This document shows, piece after piece, positions 63,464 to 64,000 of a DNA stretch of 64,000 bases (position 1 is the stretch's first letter; each line of letters begins with the position of its first letter). The position numbers and the translations under genes were made by a program. Source of the DNA: Octopus sinensis (taxonomy: Eukaryota). A model generated the notes under the pieces. It saw only the letters and a program-made list of their open reading frames with translations. It was not told the DNA's origin and searched no databases. The stretch lies in assembly GCF_006345805.1 (NCBI RefSeq), contig NC_043010.1, positions 15,748,001-15,812,000 of the forward strand. The letters are read 5' to 3'.

Positions 63464-63765
63464 CACCGTGACCGACCAGGCTATCAGGTGTTGCTACACA
63501 TCGCTGGTCACAATGCGCTTCGCATTGTTTTAGCCTTCAAATGACGCCACCCCGCTGGCTAAGCGAGCAGGCCAACAGAAGAAAGAGTGAGAGAAAGTTG
63601 TGGCGAAAGAGTACAGCAGGGATCGCCACAATCCCCTGCCGGAGCCTCATGGAGCTTTAGGGGTTTTCGCTCAATAAACACTCACAACACTTGGTCTGGG
63701 AATTGAAAGCACAATCCTACGACCGAGAGTTTGCTGCTCTAGCCACTGGGCCATTGTGCCTCCAC
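63460..63765 (-). mobile_element. SINE C variant with the same head and body but a different 3' tail
   Basis: Shares gtggaggcac.. and actctttcgccacaactttctctcactctttc, then diverges completely. Confidence 0.75.
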
Positions 63766-63790
63766 ATATATGTATGTATATGCACGTATA

Positions 63791-64000
63791 CGAGGTGGGG
63801 TGCCCAACAGAATGTTGCAATATTATTTTATTCACTTAGTTTTACATGTTTATACTTCTATCACCTTCAAAGTCTCCTCCATTTGAAGCAGTGCTGGAAT
63901 CCTTGAGAAATGATACCTTTTAATGCCTCATTATTTTTTCTTCACCTCTTCCACATCTGCAAATTCCATAGCACCAGCTTTCATCACCATTGATGGACCT
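63791..64000 (-). mobile_element. Mariner element 3' end (runs off the window)
   Basis: TA|CGAGG terminus. The reverse strand reads FADVEEVKK and ASNG..FEG remnants. Confidence 0.65.

Overview
AT-rich, repeat-saturated animal genomic DNA. The repeat landscape looks like octopus (coleoid cephalopod); this is an inference from remembered repeat families, not a search. The window is mostly transposable-element debris and microsatellites. It holds at least four tRNA-headed SINE families (called A, C, D, G here) plus a (CAA)n-tailed family E, decayed LINEs of three clades (RTE, CR1/L2-like, L1/Tx1-like), Penelope-type ends with hammerhead-like cores, a Helitron PIF1-helicase relic with non-autonomous Helitrons, mariner relics, piggyBac-like MITEs and fold-back MITEs. 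A 3.5-kb array of a 49-bp satellite lies at 52.5-56.0 kb. The only credible host-gene signal is a + strand ATG exon at 40912-41062, with weaker candidate exons at 16.7 kb and 61.4 kb. There is no intact transposon ORF, rRNA, true tRNA gene or CRISPR array, and almost all entries in the ORF track are artefacts. I cannot demonstrate a new biological system. The best leads are: (1) SINE-LINE 3'-tail sharing visible inside the window, including with an L1/Tx1-type LINE, and SINE tail swapping; (2) a variable-copy hairpin-module array in the RTE 3' UTR and a PHD-like finger inside the RTE ORF2; (3) two unrelated minisatellites, both built on CGTCAC, bracketing the ATG exon; (4) Penelope-type minimal hammerhead motifs; (5) the satellite ending in an inverted monomer.
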